64,000 nucleotides of DNA from Mobula birostris. Taxonomy: Eukaryota. Positions 24,438-37,400 of this stretch are shown one piece after another (position 1 is the stretch's first letter; each line of letters opens with the position of its first letter). Where the stretch lies: NCBI RefSeq assembly GCF_030028105.1, contig NC_092379.1, forward strand, positions 130,298,065-130,362,064. The letters are read 5' to 3'. A program made the position numbers and the translations under genes. The notes under the pieces were generated by a model, which was given only the letters and a program-made list of their open reading frames with translations, was not told the origin of the DNA and ran no database searches.

Positions 24438-25445
24438 CCTTCCCAGTATTTTGTTTTTTTTTTATTTCCAGCACCTGCTGTTTTGATTTTCAAATACTTT
24501 AGTGAAATGCTTTACATGGTATGAATTTGGTTAATGAATGCTTTGCTGTTTAACGTTGAGACAAATGACCTAGCATGAACCACCGTAAATAAGTATGATT
24601 GTTGCTAGTTCTCATCCTGGGGCTCAATGATGCAGATATTTCTGTGGCTTGTTTTAATTGTCTTTCAGCCAAGCAATTTGTATTATGTATTTTGTTCACA
24701 ACACTCTTAAGTATGCTATAGTTGCTTGTAGGCCAGTGTTGTTAGCAGTTGGAGAGGAATCTATTGAGGAAACAATTGCCTTTGATGAAGAAAGCGGCAT
24801 TAAAATACAGACTTTGTTAGGAGATCAGGGAGTACCAATTCTTAAGACTTGGGTTTTCTAGTGAGGAGATCAGTGCTCCTTGTTGCTATCACCATGTTGA
24901 CTAAGTTTATTAATAGATACAATTTTAAAGTGTGTATATCAATTACGGGGGAAAAGATTTGTAGTGTGTTAGATTCAATTTTTTAAATTCCTGTTTATTT
25001 CACTGACTTGGAGGTTAAAACTCTTTCCTCTTCTGAAGTTCAAATTACAGGTTTGAATCCAACTCCAGTGTTCACAGGTACAAAGTTCAGGTTAACTCTT
25101 TGCTAGAATACTAAGTTTGTGTATTATAGGTCTGGAAAAAAATTAGTTTGAAGCCTCAATATGTAGTATCTTGTAGTAATTGGCATTATTTTGTCCTTGA
25201 TCCACTGTGGGAATAAGTGCCAAGTAAACACAATGTGCTGATCTGGAGATGAAAGTTCATATTTCCATGGTAGTTCTGAATGATCCTATCGTCCAAATAG
25301 TAAAAGTTTGTCATGTGTTTCTGATAAGGGAAATAGAGCAGGTTTTCAAAAATGGAAGACCTTGACTTAATTGCTTCGATTTTGATTGCGTTTGCTTTGA
25401 AATTAGCTGAATTTCTGCTCACTCTTTTGTATTTTTTTTTATCAG

Positions 25446-25559
25446 ATCCTGAATACAAAAAGTTTTTGGAGAGTTATAATAATATGGATGATGAGAAAAA
25501 TTCAAACAATCCTGAAACACTTCTGGAGGAAATTGAAGCAAAAACAAAAGAACTGGCTG
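25446..25559 (+). CDS. UPF3B: UPF3B exon 5 (DPEYKKFLESY..PETLLEEIEAKTKELA)
   Basis: 114 nt, atcAG..CTG/GTaaat. Confidence 0.96.
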
Positions 25560-25792
25560 GTAAATAGAACTGCTTCAAAAAAAATCTAAAGCTTCTAAAT
25601 CTTTATTTACTTGTTTATAAAAGAGTTGCAGAAATGATGATTCTGTAAATTATTGCTTTAATTAATCTTGTGCTCTTTAATACTGAACGCTTTTCCATAA
25701 ATGAAACTTTTTGTTTTAATAATTGTTAATGAAGATCTACAATAAAAGCAGTTTGCTCTATTGTCTTCAATCAAAAAGAACCATCAATATAG

Positions 25793-25995
25793 GCCACCAC
25801 GGTGGTGTAGTGGTTAACATGATGTTATTACAACTCGGGGCATCAGATTTCTGGTGTCCTCTGTAAACAAGTCTGTATGTTCCTTCCTGTGTGCCTGTGG
25901 GTTTCCTCCCACAGTCCAATGAAGGTTAGTAGGGTCATCATAAATTGTCTTGTGATTTGGAAGGGCCTGTTCCCTGCTGTATCTCTAAATAAAAA
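25793..25995 (+). mobile_element. V-SINE (HE1-like)
   Basis: Head 'ggccaccacggtggtgtagtggtta', V-domain, tail 'gtatctctaaataaaa'. Confidence 0.65.
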
Positions 25996-26502
25996 AAAAT
26001 AATGATTTCTGGTATAATTTTGAGCATATAAGGGTAATGGCAGGTTTCATTCTTCTAAGGTGAATTGTAAAAGTTTGCTAATTTAATAACAAGCAATAAT
26101 GTGTTTTGCTAATTTTAATCAATATGTAATTAGGCCTAACATTGAATGCTTGTGTACATGTGATTTGAGTTGCTGTTATTTAAAACAATATGTATCTTGT
26201 TAATGTTGTATTCCTGAATGATGATTAGGGAGTCCTAGGTTTCTGCTTGCTACCACCTGCCCCCAATTACATTCATGCACTTCAGAAATGCAGCATTAAT
26301 GCTAATGGAGCTTTTTGTGTATCTTGGGTCTTTTACAAAGACGCTGTGTACTGATAACCATTTGTACTTGTTTCTTGAGCAGTAATTTTCCCTGGGTTGT
26401 GCTACATGTCAGTGTATATGGTTTATTCAGCGTTTTCTCTAATTTTACAGGCAATCAGAAGTTTTTGCATTAGTGTAAATGGATAATATTTTTAATTCAC
26501 AG

Positions 26503-26546
26503 CCAAGAAAACAACACCTCTTCTGGACTATGTAAAAACTAAGCAG
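26503..26546 (+). CDS. UPF3B: UPF3B exon 6 (AKKTTPLLDYVKTKQ)
   Basis: 44 nt, ttcacAG..CAG/GTaaag. Confidence 0.95.
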
Positions 26547-26649
26547 GTAAAGATTCACACCCCCCCCCCAATTTGTTATTTTGAAAATTATTATTATTTC
26601 CCCCATACATGCTGTTAATTTATGAATGTGTCATTGTTTTCTGTACCAG

Positions 26650-26841
26650 AGAATAAGAGAGGAAAAAAGAGAAGAAAGGAGGAGACGGGAGCTGGAAAAA
26701 AGGAGACTTCGCGAAGAAGAAAGAAGAAAATGGAGAGAGGATGAAAGGCGAAAAAGGAGGGAAGCAGAGAAGCAAAAGAAGATGGTAGAGAAAGGGTTTG
26801 ACAAAGAAAAAGATCGGTCAAAGGATGAACCAAAGATAAAG
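26650..26841 (+). CDS. UPF3B: UPF3B exon 7 (RIREEKREERRRRE..KDEPKIK)
   Basis: 192 nt, taccAG..AAG/GTgcac; charged coiled-coil region. Confidence 0.93.
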
Positions 26842-26926
26842 GTGCACTATAATGTCAGTATATCTACAGAATTGCTATATTAACCAGTAAAATATGTAAC
26901 AGGAATCTATCTCAATGGATTTGTAG

Positions 26927-27081
26927 CTTCTGAAGAAGCCAGAAAAAGGGGATGACTCCTGCATGGAAAAGCCAAAAGACAAACTGAAGAAACTGGACAG
27001 AGAAAGGGCTAAAGAAGACAGGTCATTCATTGCCCAGGGAAAAAGACTGGAGAGTTCCATCAAGGATGATAAAGGAAAAAA
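26927..27081 (+). CDS. UPF3B: UPF3B exon 8 (LLKKPEKGDD..KDDKGK)
   Basis: 155 nt, ttgtAG..AA/GTacgt; conserved LLKKPEKG. Confidence 0.92.
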
Positions 27082-27329
27082 GTACGTGGGACTAAATGGA
27101 ATTAATTGTATCTGTTGTCTTGCTATTTGTTTCAGTAAATGCGTTTCGTTACCTGTGATTATAAATCAGTGCTTGAGTACAGTGAACCACAAGTAGTGAT
27201 CCTCCCTGTACACTCTTATAAAGGCTGCTTTTGTCAATCTTTGCCAAACATCCTTTAGTCTTTTTCTCGCAATAGACTTTGAAGGCTGCTATAGCATAGC
27301 GGTTACGATACTAGAATCATAATTTCTAA

Positions 27330-28470
27330 ACGGAGTAAATCAGAGGTGCAAAGGAACTTGGGAGTCCTGGTGTAAGATTCCCTGAAGGGAAAATGGAGAC
27401 ACCTCTTTCTCCCTTATTGGGGAGAGAGAGAGAACCTGCAGTATATCGAATACCAGGTGAAACATGAAGTCTTTGGGGTAGCTGTGTCTTTGCTATTGCT
27501 TTGCTCATGCTTCAGTGCTCGGCGGTGTCGATGCTTTTTTTTTGCCGGTGGGGGGAGGGGGGGTTGTTACTCACTGCCACGCGAGCGGGAAGGGGAAGCT
27601 GGTGGAAGGGACTTTGGGGTTCTAACATTTAACTGTCATTCATTCTTTGGGGCACTCCTCTGTTTTCGTGGGTGGTTGTGAAGAAAAAGCATTTTGGGAT
27701 GTATATTGTATATATTTCTCTGATATTAAATTGTGCCTTTGAAGTTGTGTCGGTGATAAGGACGGCAACTGCAATGATAGCATTCATTTCAAGACTACTG
27801 CATTAGAAGAGCAAGGATGTGATGCTGAGTCTTTATAAGGCATTGGTCAGACTGTTCTTGGTGTATTGTGAGCAGGTTTAGGACCACATCTAAGAAAGGG
27901 TATGATGGCAATGGAGAAGATCAAAAGGGGTGTTCATGAGAATGGTCTCGGGAATGATAGGGTTAAAGTATGAGGAGCATTTAATGGCTCTAGGCCTGTA
28001 CTCACTGCAGTTTAGAAGGATGAGGAGGTGGGGGGGTGGGATCTCATTGAAACCTATTGAATATTGGAAGGCCTGTATAGAGAGGATGCCCACTATGGGA
28101 AATGAGTCTAATACTAGAGGGCACAGCCTCAGAATAGAGGAGCGTCCTTTAGAACAGAGATGGGGAAGAACTTCTTAGAGAGTGGTGAATCTGTGTAGTT
28201 CATTTGACACAGATGGTGTGGAGGCCAAGTCATTGTGTATACATAGACCATAAGACATTAGGAGCAAAATTACGCCATTTGGCCATTGAGTCTGCTCGAT
28301 ATAAAGTGGAGGTTGATAGGCTCTTGATCGGTAAGGTCATCAAATGTTACAGGGAAAAGACCAGGAGAATGGGGTTGAGAGGGATAATAAATCGGCCATT
28401 ATGGAATGGTGGAGCAGATTCAATGAGCCGAATAGCTTAATTCTGTTCCTATGTCTTATGGTCTTCTAAT
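27330..28470 (+). mobile_element. Degenerate CR1 3' region with an unclassified insert (about 27395-27742)
   Basis: LKYEEHLMALGLYSLQFRRMR and TRGHSLRI; 3' tail 'tgtcttatggtct'. Confidence 0.65.
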
Positions 28471-28639
28471 CATTTATGCTGGAACCTGTCCCACCACAGC
28501 AGGTTGGAAATTAGAAATGAAAAGCGATCTATTTGTTTCTGGGCTGGCCTTTATCTTCTACAGCATTGTGGTTGACTTAGCTGCCCTGTGAACGGGCCTC
28601 TTCATTCTGAGTCATGTAGAAACCCATAATGAATACTGG

Positions 28640-29690
28640 CATTTCAGATACGCCAATTCTCCTGGCAAATACACCCAACGACCTGGCCTCCACAGCTGCC
28701 TGTGGTAACAAATTCCACAAATTCACTACCCTCTGGCTAAAGAAATTTCTCCACATCTTAATTTTAAATGGATGCCCCTCTGTCCTGATGCTTTGCTCTC
28801 TTCTCTTCTCCTAGACTCCCCCACCATAGGAAACATCCTTTCCACATCTACACTGTCTAGGCCTTTCAACATTTAAAAAGTTTCAAAGAGATTTCTCCCC
28901 CCCCCCCCCCCCAATCTTTCTACATTCCAGTGAACATAGATCCAGAGCCATCAAACATTCCTAGAATATTTTCTAAATGGGGAGAAGATCCAAAAAATCT
29001 GAGATGCAAAGGGACTTAGGAGCCCTTGTGCAGAACACCCTAAAGGTTAACTCGCAGATTCATTCGGTGGTGAGGAAGGCAAATGCAAGGTTAGCATTCA
29101 TTTCAAAAGATCTATATCTACCCTGCACCTTCCTCATTTTTCCCAGAAACTCATGCCATTGCTGCTCTGCTGTCATCCCTGCCAGCTTCTCCTTCCAATT
29201 TACTTTGGCCAACTCCTCTCTCATGCAACTGTAATTTCCTTTACTCCACTGAAATACTGCTGAGTCAGACCACCTTCTCCCCATCAAATTTCAAGTTGAA
29301 CTCAATCACATTGTGATCACTGCCTCCTGAGGGTTCTTTTATCTTGAGCTCCCTAATCACCTCCCATTTATTATATATCACCCAATCGAGTATAGCTAAT
29401 CCCCTAGTAAGCTTAGTGACAAACTGCTCTTAAAAAGCCATCTCGTAGGCATTCAGCAAGCTCACTCTCGTGAGATCCATTACCAACCTGAGTTTTCCCA
29501 ATCGACCCTCATGTTATCTCCATGACTTTCGCTCCTGACTCCCAATCTATGACCTCCAGTTAGTCTTGCCCAACCTAAGTGGGGAAAAGCCTGCTTGCAT
29601 GTACCTTATCTATACCCATCATAATTTTGTATACTTCTATCAAATTTCCCTCATTCTTCTACACTCCTGGAAATAAAATCCGAATCTATT
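28640..29690. mobile_element. Mosaic of CR1 fragments on both strands
   Basis: MQRDLGALVQNTLKVNSQ (+); KGNYSCMREELAKVNWKEKL (-); CR1 3' pieces (-). Confidence 0.65.
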
Positions 29691-29699
29691 TTTATTTGT

Positions 29700-30265
29700 T
29701 TAGCTGTATAGTGTGGATTAGGCCCTTCTGGCCCTTCAAGTTGTGCTGACAACAACTCCTGATTTAGCCCTAGCCTGATCATGGGAAAATTTACAGTGAA
29801 ATATTAACCTACTAACCAGAACACATGGCGCGTGGCCAAGTGGTTAGGGCGTTGAGCTCATGATCTGAAGGTCATGGGTTCAAGTCTCGGCCAAGGCACT
29901 GTGTGGTGTCTTTGAGCAAGGCACTTAACCACACACTGCTCCAGTCCACCCAGCTGAAAATGGGTACCGGCAAACGCTGGGGGTTAACCTCGCGATAGAC
30001 TGGCGTCCTATCCCAGGGGGAGTCTTGTACTCTCAGTCATTTCACGCCACGGAAACCGGTATAAGCACCAGCCTGATGGGCCACAAGGCTCGTGACAGAC
30101 TTTGAGTTTTAACTTTTTAACCAGAACACATTTGGACTGTGGGAGGAAACCCATGCATTTGATGGGGAGGCCTTCTTGTACAGATGATATCAGAATTGAA
30201 CTTCAAACTTCTCCACCCCAAACCGTAGTAGCATCACGCTAACCACTACACAACCATGGCGCCTC
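29700..30265 (-). mobile_element. V-SINE host element interrupted by a younger SINE
   Basis: 'ttaacctactaacc..tttggactgtgggaggaaacc..cgctaaccactac' continues across the insertion. Confidence 0.65.
29827..30117 (+). mobile_element. Full-length tRNA-derived SINE (MetaSINE-like) with 14-bp TSD
   Basis: A-box TGGCCAAGTGG, B-box GGTTCAAGTC, body 'tttgagcaaggcacttaacc..ccacccagctgaaaatgggtacc'; TSD taaccagaacacat (29813-29826 and 30118-30131). Confidence 0.85.
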
Positions 30266-30374
30266 TTCAACCTTTCCTTATGACTTCTCAATTATTCGAA
30301 TCTCTGCACCGACCTTCAGGGTAGCAAGTAATAGTCAACAAGTACACCCTTAGCAGCTTCCACCATATCACGTA

Positions 30375-30960
30375 ATGTTGTTGTTGGCATCCGTCTGTCT
30401 GGAAGCACAATGGGTGATGATCATGATCACAAGCCTGGGCAGAAGGTATGGAGATCCTGAGACGCCCAGTTGTCAAGATTCCCCCCTCTGCCTCACTAGT
30501 ATAGTCCAAAGGAAAGCTTATGAAGCAATACGTTTGGCACCAGCTTGGCTGCAAGAGCTGCCGGAAGGATGTTCAATGATGCCCAGCCATCTTAGGGGCT
30601 CCACTCTGGATTTGCTGGCTAGGTTTACTCCCATAGTCTTCGTCTGTCCCTAGGCAGTGGGTCTATTTCCCCATAGCTGAGGATCTGGTTCATGAGTACC
30701 AGGGTGTGTCCACACACTGGTGGGCCTATGTACTAAGTGTACGGGGCCAGACCTCCTCCACACCCTCTGTAGTTCGGCCTGAGCCTGAAAGCAGTTCCAT
30801 TTCCATGCCTTATCAGCGATGACGCTTACTGTTGCAGAGGCTGTGTACTAGCAGGGAGAGATTTACACATTCGGCTCACCTTTTTATGAGGCTGTTAGCC
30901 ATCAGTGGAGCTGGAAGTGAGAGTGACAAGCACTACCCACTATGCTACCACACCAAACGT
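30375..30960 (-). mobile_element. RTE-related non-autonomous element
   Basis: Shares 'ggcatccgt..gcctgggc..ttggcaccag..ctggattt..ggtttactccc' with 21247-21550; (caa)n tail on the minus strand. Confidence 0.55.
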
Positions 30961-31063
30961 GACACAGCAACCATTTTGACACCATCACATAATAACTGTT
31001 TTCTTAATTAGAAGTTTTTGTTTTGGAGACTTGAATGAATTTTGCTTTGTTCGGACCCAATAG

Positions 31064-31367
31064 GTTTGAGGACGATGGCGGAAGAGAGTACCGAGAGAAA
31101 GAGGAAAGGGAACGCGAGAGGAGGCTGAAGGAGAAAGAACGGTCGAGACGCCAAGAGGACGACCGCAGGAAGCTGAGGGAACGGTGTGAGGCTGACAAGC
31201 CTTTCAGGAAAAAAGACGAAGATATAAAGAAGGAGAAGGATCAGTCAAATGAAAAAGCCAGGAAAAGGGAAAGCTTGGAAATTACAGCAAGTTACGACAA
31301 ATTAGAGAAGGGAAAAGAGGATAAGAAGGAGGAAACTACAATAAAAAAAGAACGAATCAGAAATAAG
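31064..31367 (+). CDS. UPF3B: UPF3B exon 9 (FEDDGGREYRE..KKERIRNK)
   Basis: 304 nt, caatAG..AAG/GTacag; phase fits exon 8; ends with the first half of the EJC-binding motif. Confidence 0.95.
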
Positions 31368-32717
31368 GTACAGCATAATTTCTTTTACTGACAGGTAAAA
31401 CATGCACCTCCTGGTACTCTAAAGGTTGGAAATTCTTGACCTAGTATGAATTTCTGGTATTTTGACCTGTGCTATTATTGGCTGAAAATGAGCCAGTGAG
31501 GTTCATTCCATTTTCCAGCTCTTGTGATACTAAATGCTCATCCAGATGTGTTTTAAATGAAATGAGTGGGCCTGATAAATAGAAACAATCATTTGTGTGA
31601 ATTTTGTTACTTCTAGGGTGTTCTTACCATTTTTCCTAAGTAAGTTTCATAGTTTTGTACCCTTGACTAAATCACATTGGACCTTCTGTTGTCGACAAAC
31701 CCTTCCCAGTGTAGGCAAAGCTGGCCTTCAACACTCCTTGTAAAATTCTTAAACATTCTTTGAGCCTTCTGCACTGAGATAGCATCATTCTTGTAAGTCC
31801 TTGCTGTTGTTAATTTAGCTATAGTCAACTATAGCAGGATAGTGTAACAGTTAGGGAAGTGTTTTACAATGTTGGTGATCATCGATCAGTTTGATTCCTG
31901 CTGCTATCTGTAAGGAGTTTGTACATTCTTCCCATTGCCATACGGGTTTTTCTTGTATCTTATAAAGTGGACACAATGTGCTCCTCCAGGCATTGGTTTT
32001 TGGGAGTTCTAACTTGTTTTGTGTAAAAGTATAACAGATTTTACTCTTCACCTTGAATGTTTTCGACCATTGACTTGCCGCAAGGCTGTTCACTCTTACT
32101 TAATCTTACATGCAATATGGGTAAAGTTTTAGCTTTGTCCAAACAGAGCTTTTATACCTCACCCTCAACCACCATAATAACTTCTCATTGATACCCTTTC
32201 ACCTACAAGGGTGTCCACCTTGTACAGATACAAGACTTTCCAGTTTATTTTCCCTTCTCCCAACCCCTGTTGACCAAAACGAGTCCAGGAATCTGATGCC
32301 CTCTTCCCTGCAAGCTTCATCTGTGCTATCCTTGGCCGGCATGAAAGGGTAGCGGTTAGCATAATGCTTTACAGCTAGCAGTAACATCGGGGTTCAATTC
32401 TAGCCACTGTTTGTGAGGTGTTTGCTTTCCCCATGACTGCTTGAGTTCCCTCTGGGTGCTCAGGTTTCCTTCCACATTCCAAAGATGTGTGAGGTTGTGG
32501 GCAGACTATGTTGGCGACATTTGCAGGCTGCTCCCAGCACATCGCTGGTGCAAATGATGCAGTTCACTATGTTTTGATATACGTCCTCTCCTGTTGCCCC
32601 ACTAATACACATGGGATACTCATGGATATTTGAATTTTATTGAAGTTGTCCTTTTGAATCTCTTTTCCAGCAAACTAATTTCCTTATTGATTCTCTTTTG
32701 TGGTTAAGTCATTGGTG

Positions 32718-35700
32718 CAGTGCCTATAAAAAGTATTCAGCCCCCCTGGAAGTTTTCATGGTTTATTGTTTTACAACACAGTGGATTTAGAAACATAGAA
32801 AACCTACAGCGCAATACAGGCCCTTCGGCTCACAAAGTTGTGCCGAACATGTCCCTACCTTAGAAATTACTAGGCTTACCTATAGCCCTCTTTTTTTTTT
32901 TTTTTTTTAAGCTCCACGTACCTATCCAAAAGTCTCTTAAAAGACCCTATCGTATCCACCTCCACCACCGTTGCCGGCAGCCCATTCCACGCACTCACCA
33001 CTCTCTGAGTAAAAAAACTTACCCCTGACATCTCCTCGGTACCTACTGCACAGCACCTTAAACCTGTGTCCTCTTGTGACAACCCTGGGAAAAAGCCTCT
33101 GACTATCCACACGATCAATGCCTCTCATCATCATATACACCTCTATCAGGTTACCTCTCATCCTCTGTTGCTCTGTGGAGAAAAGGCCACATTCACTCAA
33201 CCTTTTCTCATAAGGCATGCTCTCCAATCCAGGCAACATCCTTGTAAACCTCCTGTGCACCCTTCCTATGGCTTCCACATCCTTCCTGTAGTGAGGCAAC
33301 CAGAACTGAGCATAGTACTCCAAGTAGGGTCTGACCAGGGTCCAATATAGCTGCAACATTACCTCTCGGCTCCTAAATTCAATTCCACGATTGATGAAGG
33401 CCAATACACTGTACGCCTTCTTAACCACAGAGTCAACCTGTGCAGCTGCTTTGAGCGTCCTATGGACTTGGACCCCAAGATCCCTCTGATCCTTCACACT
33501 GCCAAGAGTCTTACCATTAATACTATATTCTGCCATCATACTTGACCTACCAAAATGAACCAGCTCACACTTATCTGGGTTGAACTCCATCTGCCACTTC
33601 ACAGCCCAGTTTTGCATCCTATCAATGTCCCGCTGTAACCTCTGACAGCCCTCCACACTATCCACAACACCCCCAACCTTTGTGTCATCAATAAATTTAC
33701 TAACAGATCCCTCCACTTCCTCATCCAGGTCATTTATAAAAATCACAAAGAGTAGGGGTTCCAGAACAGATCCCTAAGGCACACCACTGGTCACCGACCT
33801 CCATGCAGAATGTGACCCATCTACAACTACTCTTTGCCTTCTGTGGGCAAGCCAGTTCTGGATCCACAAAGCAATATCCCCTTGGATCCCATGCCTCCTT
33901 ACTTAATAACCTTATCAAATGCCTTGCTGAAATCCGTATCTACATCCATTGCTCTTCCTTCATCAACGTGTTTAGTCACATCCTCAAAACATTCAATCAG
34001 GCTCGTAAGGCACGACCTGACCTTGACAAAGCCATGCTGACTATTCCTAATCATATTATGCCTCTCCAAATGTTCATAAATCCTGCCTCTCAGGATCTTC
34101 TCCATCAACTTACCAACCACTGAAGTAAGACCCACTGGTCTATAATTTCCTGGGCTACCTCTACTCCCTTTCTTGAAAAAAGGAACAACATCTGCAACCC
34201 CCCAATCCTCCAGAACCTCTCCCGCCCCCATTGATGATGCAAAGATCATCGCCAGAGGCTCAGCAATCTCCTCCCTTGCCTCCCACAATAGCCTGGGGTA
34301 GATTTCATCCGGTCCCGGCAACTTATCCAACTTGATGCTTTCCAAAAGCTCCAGCACATCCTCTCTCTTAATATCTATATGCTCAAGCTTTTCAGTCTGC
34401 TGCAAGTCATCACTGAAATCACCAAGATCCTTTTCCATAGTGAATACTGAAGTAAAGTATTCAGTAAGTACCTCTGCTATTTCCTCCGGTTCCATACACA
34501 CTTTCCCACTGTCACACTTGATAGGTCCTATTCTTTTACGTCTTATCCTCTTGCTCTTCACATACTTGTAGAATGCCTTGGGGTTTTCCTTAATCCTGCC
34601 CGCCAAGGCCTTCTCATGGCCCCTTCTGGCTCTCCTAATTTCCTTCTTAAGCTCCTTCCTATTAGCCTTATAATCTTCTAGATCTCTAACATTACCTAGC
34701 TCTCTGAACCTTTTGTAAGCTTTTCTTTTCTTCTTGACTAGATTTATTACAGCCTTTGTACACCACTGTTCCTGTACCCTACCATAACTTCCCTGTCTCA
34801 TTGGAATATACCTATGCAGAACTCCACACAAGTATCCCCTGAACATTTAATTTGGACTTTTGATACTGATCAACAAAAAAGACTCGTGTCAAAGTGAAAA
34901 CAAATTTCTACAAATTGGTCTAAATTTATTACAATTATTAAACACAAAATAGATTGCATAGTTACTCATCCCCCTTCAAGTACATATTTAGTGGATGTAC
35001 CTTTGGCAGCAATTACAGCCTTGAGTTGGTGTGGATAGGTCTCTATCAGATTGCATGGAGATCATGAGTGAACAGCCCTTTTCAGGTTACATTCTCAATT
35101 GGATTGAGGTCTGGACTCTGACTTGGCCACTCTAGGACATTAACTTAGTTGTTTGTAAGCCATTCCTGTGTAACTTTGGCTTTATGCTTGGAGTCATCGA
35201 CTTGCTGGAAAACGTATCTCCTCCCAAGTTGCAGTTCTCTTGCAGACTGCCTCAGTTCTTCCTCCAGGATTTCCCTGTGTTTTGCCGCATTCATTGTACC
35301 CTCTACCTTCACAAGCTTTCTAGGGCCTGCTGCAGTGAAGCATCCCCACAGCATGAGGCAGCCATCACCATGCTTCACAGTAGGGATGGTGTGCTATTGA
35401 TGACGTGCAGTGTTTGGCTTATGGCAAACATAATGTTTAGTCTGATGGCCAAAAAGCATTATTTTGGTTTAATCAGACCATAGAAGTGTCTTCCAGCTGA
35501 CTTTAAAGTCTCCCCCATGCCTTCTGGCAAATTCTGGCCAAGATTTTGAGTCTCTTTCAGCAGTGGCCTTCTCTTTGCCATTCTCAATTAAAGCTGTGAC
35601 TAGTGAAGCACCCAGGCAACAATTGTTTATGTACAGCCTCTCCCATTTCAGCCACTGAAGATTGCAACTCTTCCAGAGTTGTCATAGGTCTTTTGGTGGC

Positions 35701-36313
35701 CTCCCTCACTAGTCCCCTTCTTGCATGGTTACTCAGTTTGAGGGTGGCTTGCTTTAGGCAGGTTTACAGCTGTGTCATATTCTTTCCATTTCTTGATGAT
35801 TGACTTGACTGTATTCCAAGGGATGTTCAGTGACTCAGAAATTTCCTTGTGTCCATCTCCTGATTTGTGCTTTTCAATAACCTTTTCGCAGAGTTGCTGG
35901 GAGTTTTCTTTTGTCTTCATGGTGTAATTGTTACCAGGATACTGACTTACCAGCAGTTGGACCTTCCAGATACAGGTGTATTTTTAGTACAGTCAATTGA
36001 AACACCTTGACTGTACACGGGTCTCCAAAAACAGATGGCCATATAACTAATTATGTGACTTCTAAAACCATTTGGCTGCACCAGTGATTATTTGGTGTGT
36101 CATATTAAAGGGGTAGATTCTTCTGCAATTTTGTGTTTTATATTTGTAATCAATTTAGATCACTTTGTAGAGATCTGTTTTCACTTTGACATGAAAGATT
36201 TTTTTTGGTGATCAGTGTTAAAAAAGCCAAATTAAATCCACTATGATTCAATGTTGTAAAATAATAAAATATGAAAACTTCCAAGGGAACTGAAATACTT
36301 TTTGTAGGCGCTG
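32718..36313 (-). mobile_element. Tc1-family DNA transposon with about 200-bp inverted repeats, dead transposase
   Basis: TIR CAGTGCCTATAAAAAGTATT / AATACTTTTTGTAGGCGCTG; HTH MKTKENSQQLCEKVIEKHKSG (35920) and DDE-region KHGDGCLMLWGCF..FQQVDDSKH. Confidence 0.9.
32790..34844 (-). mobile_element. Young 5'-truncated CR1 LINE inserted in the Tc1 terminal repeat
   Basis: Long RT ORFs (315 aa + 269 aa: NYRPVGLTS, QHGFVK, DFSKAFDKV, SKFIDDTK); tail tttctatgtttc; flanked by attta on both sides. Confidence 0.92.
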
Positions 36314-36939
36314 TGCCTCTGGCTGATTCCTGTCTCCAATCAGAATGTTGTGCAACTGTTCAATGACACAGCTCACACCCCAGCACCAGAAAAGCAACAT
36401 GCCAACTTGGCACGTCTGTGACTGCAGATAATTCAGTCTGATTTCAATTGGTTTTGATGAGTGCAGCTGACCCACCTATTTGGATCTGAACTGGACTTTG
36501 GCTGTACCTCCCAGAGAAGCTGTCGCCCTTGCGAGTAAAGAATACCAATTTGAATGTAAAATTCATTGGGAACTCATTCCTCCTGCACAAACCAGGTCCC
36601 ATTATTTCTACCTATACTTGGTTGCTGTTGTGACATCCATGTTATTCTCTGCCATCAGATTTCTAAATGAATAATGGACCAACCTGTTAACACCACTTCA
36701 CTGTTTTTGTTCTTCTTGCACTGCTTATTTTTTGTGTATATTTCTTTAGTATTTATTTATTACACTGTAATACTGTCACATAAATTTTATAACTTGTGTC
36801 AGTGATATTAAACGTAATTCTGATATACTTCAGTGAGGTTAGATGCTGTTTCAGTTCCTCCAGCTAATAACACTCACTGTGCTTATTATTGTCTATGAAA
36901 GGCAAGCATGAATTCCCCTGGAAAACCAAGGGTTTGCAC

Positions 36940-37400
36940 TCAAGTTTTTATTGTATTGTATAGACAGGGTATAAACACCATGAAAATCAGCTTTCTGCAG
37001 CAGCACGGTGCATTACACAAGTTAATGACCTTAAATTGACATCAATTATCCATACATGACAAAATAAACATGTACATTGTGGGAGAGAGCAGGAATATAA
37101 TTCTAAGTAGAATTGGACTTTTTCAGGTCAGTTCATTTCAAGAACCTGATGGCAGTGGGGAAGAAGTTGTTGAACTTTGATGTGTGGGTTTTTGGGCTCC
37201 CGTATATCCTGTCTGATGGCAACTTCAAGAAAAGGGTTTCACCTGGATGATGGGGTCCCTGGTGACGGATGTCATCTTCCTGAGACACTTGCCTTTTGGA
37301 TATGTCCTTGTGGGGAGAGCGTGAGTGAAGAAACTGTGCATTGGAGTCTCCATACCAGGCCATGATGCAACCAGTCAGAATGCTTTTAATGGGCCATAGC
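36940..37400 (-). mobile_element. Rex/Babar-like LINE 3' fragment
   Basis: AWYGDSNA..LPSDRIY..FFPTAIRFL. Confidence 0.6.

Noticed and set aside
29827-29900. tRNA-like sequence (also at about 25793, 49920 and 63430-63500)
   Set aside because: These are SINE heads followed by SINE bodies; no complete cloverleaf or terminator.
32937-34846. Long RT ORFs as a possible domesticated gene
   Set aside because: 5'-truncated, frame broken near 33899, catalytic motif altered (FIDD), and intact LINE tail: an ordinary young insertion.
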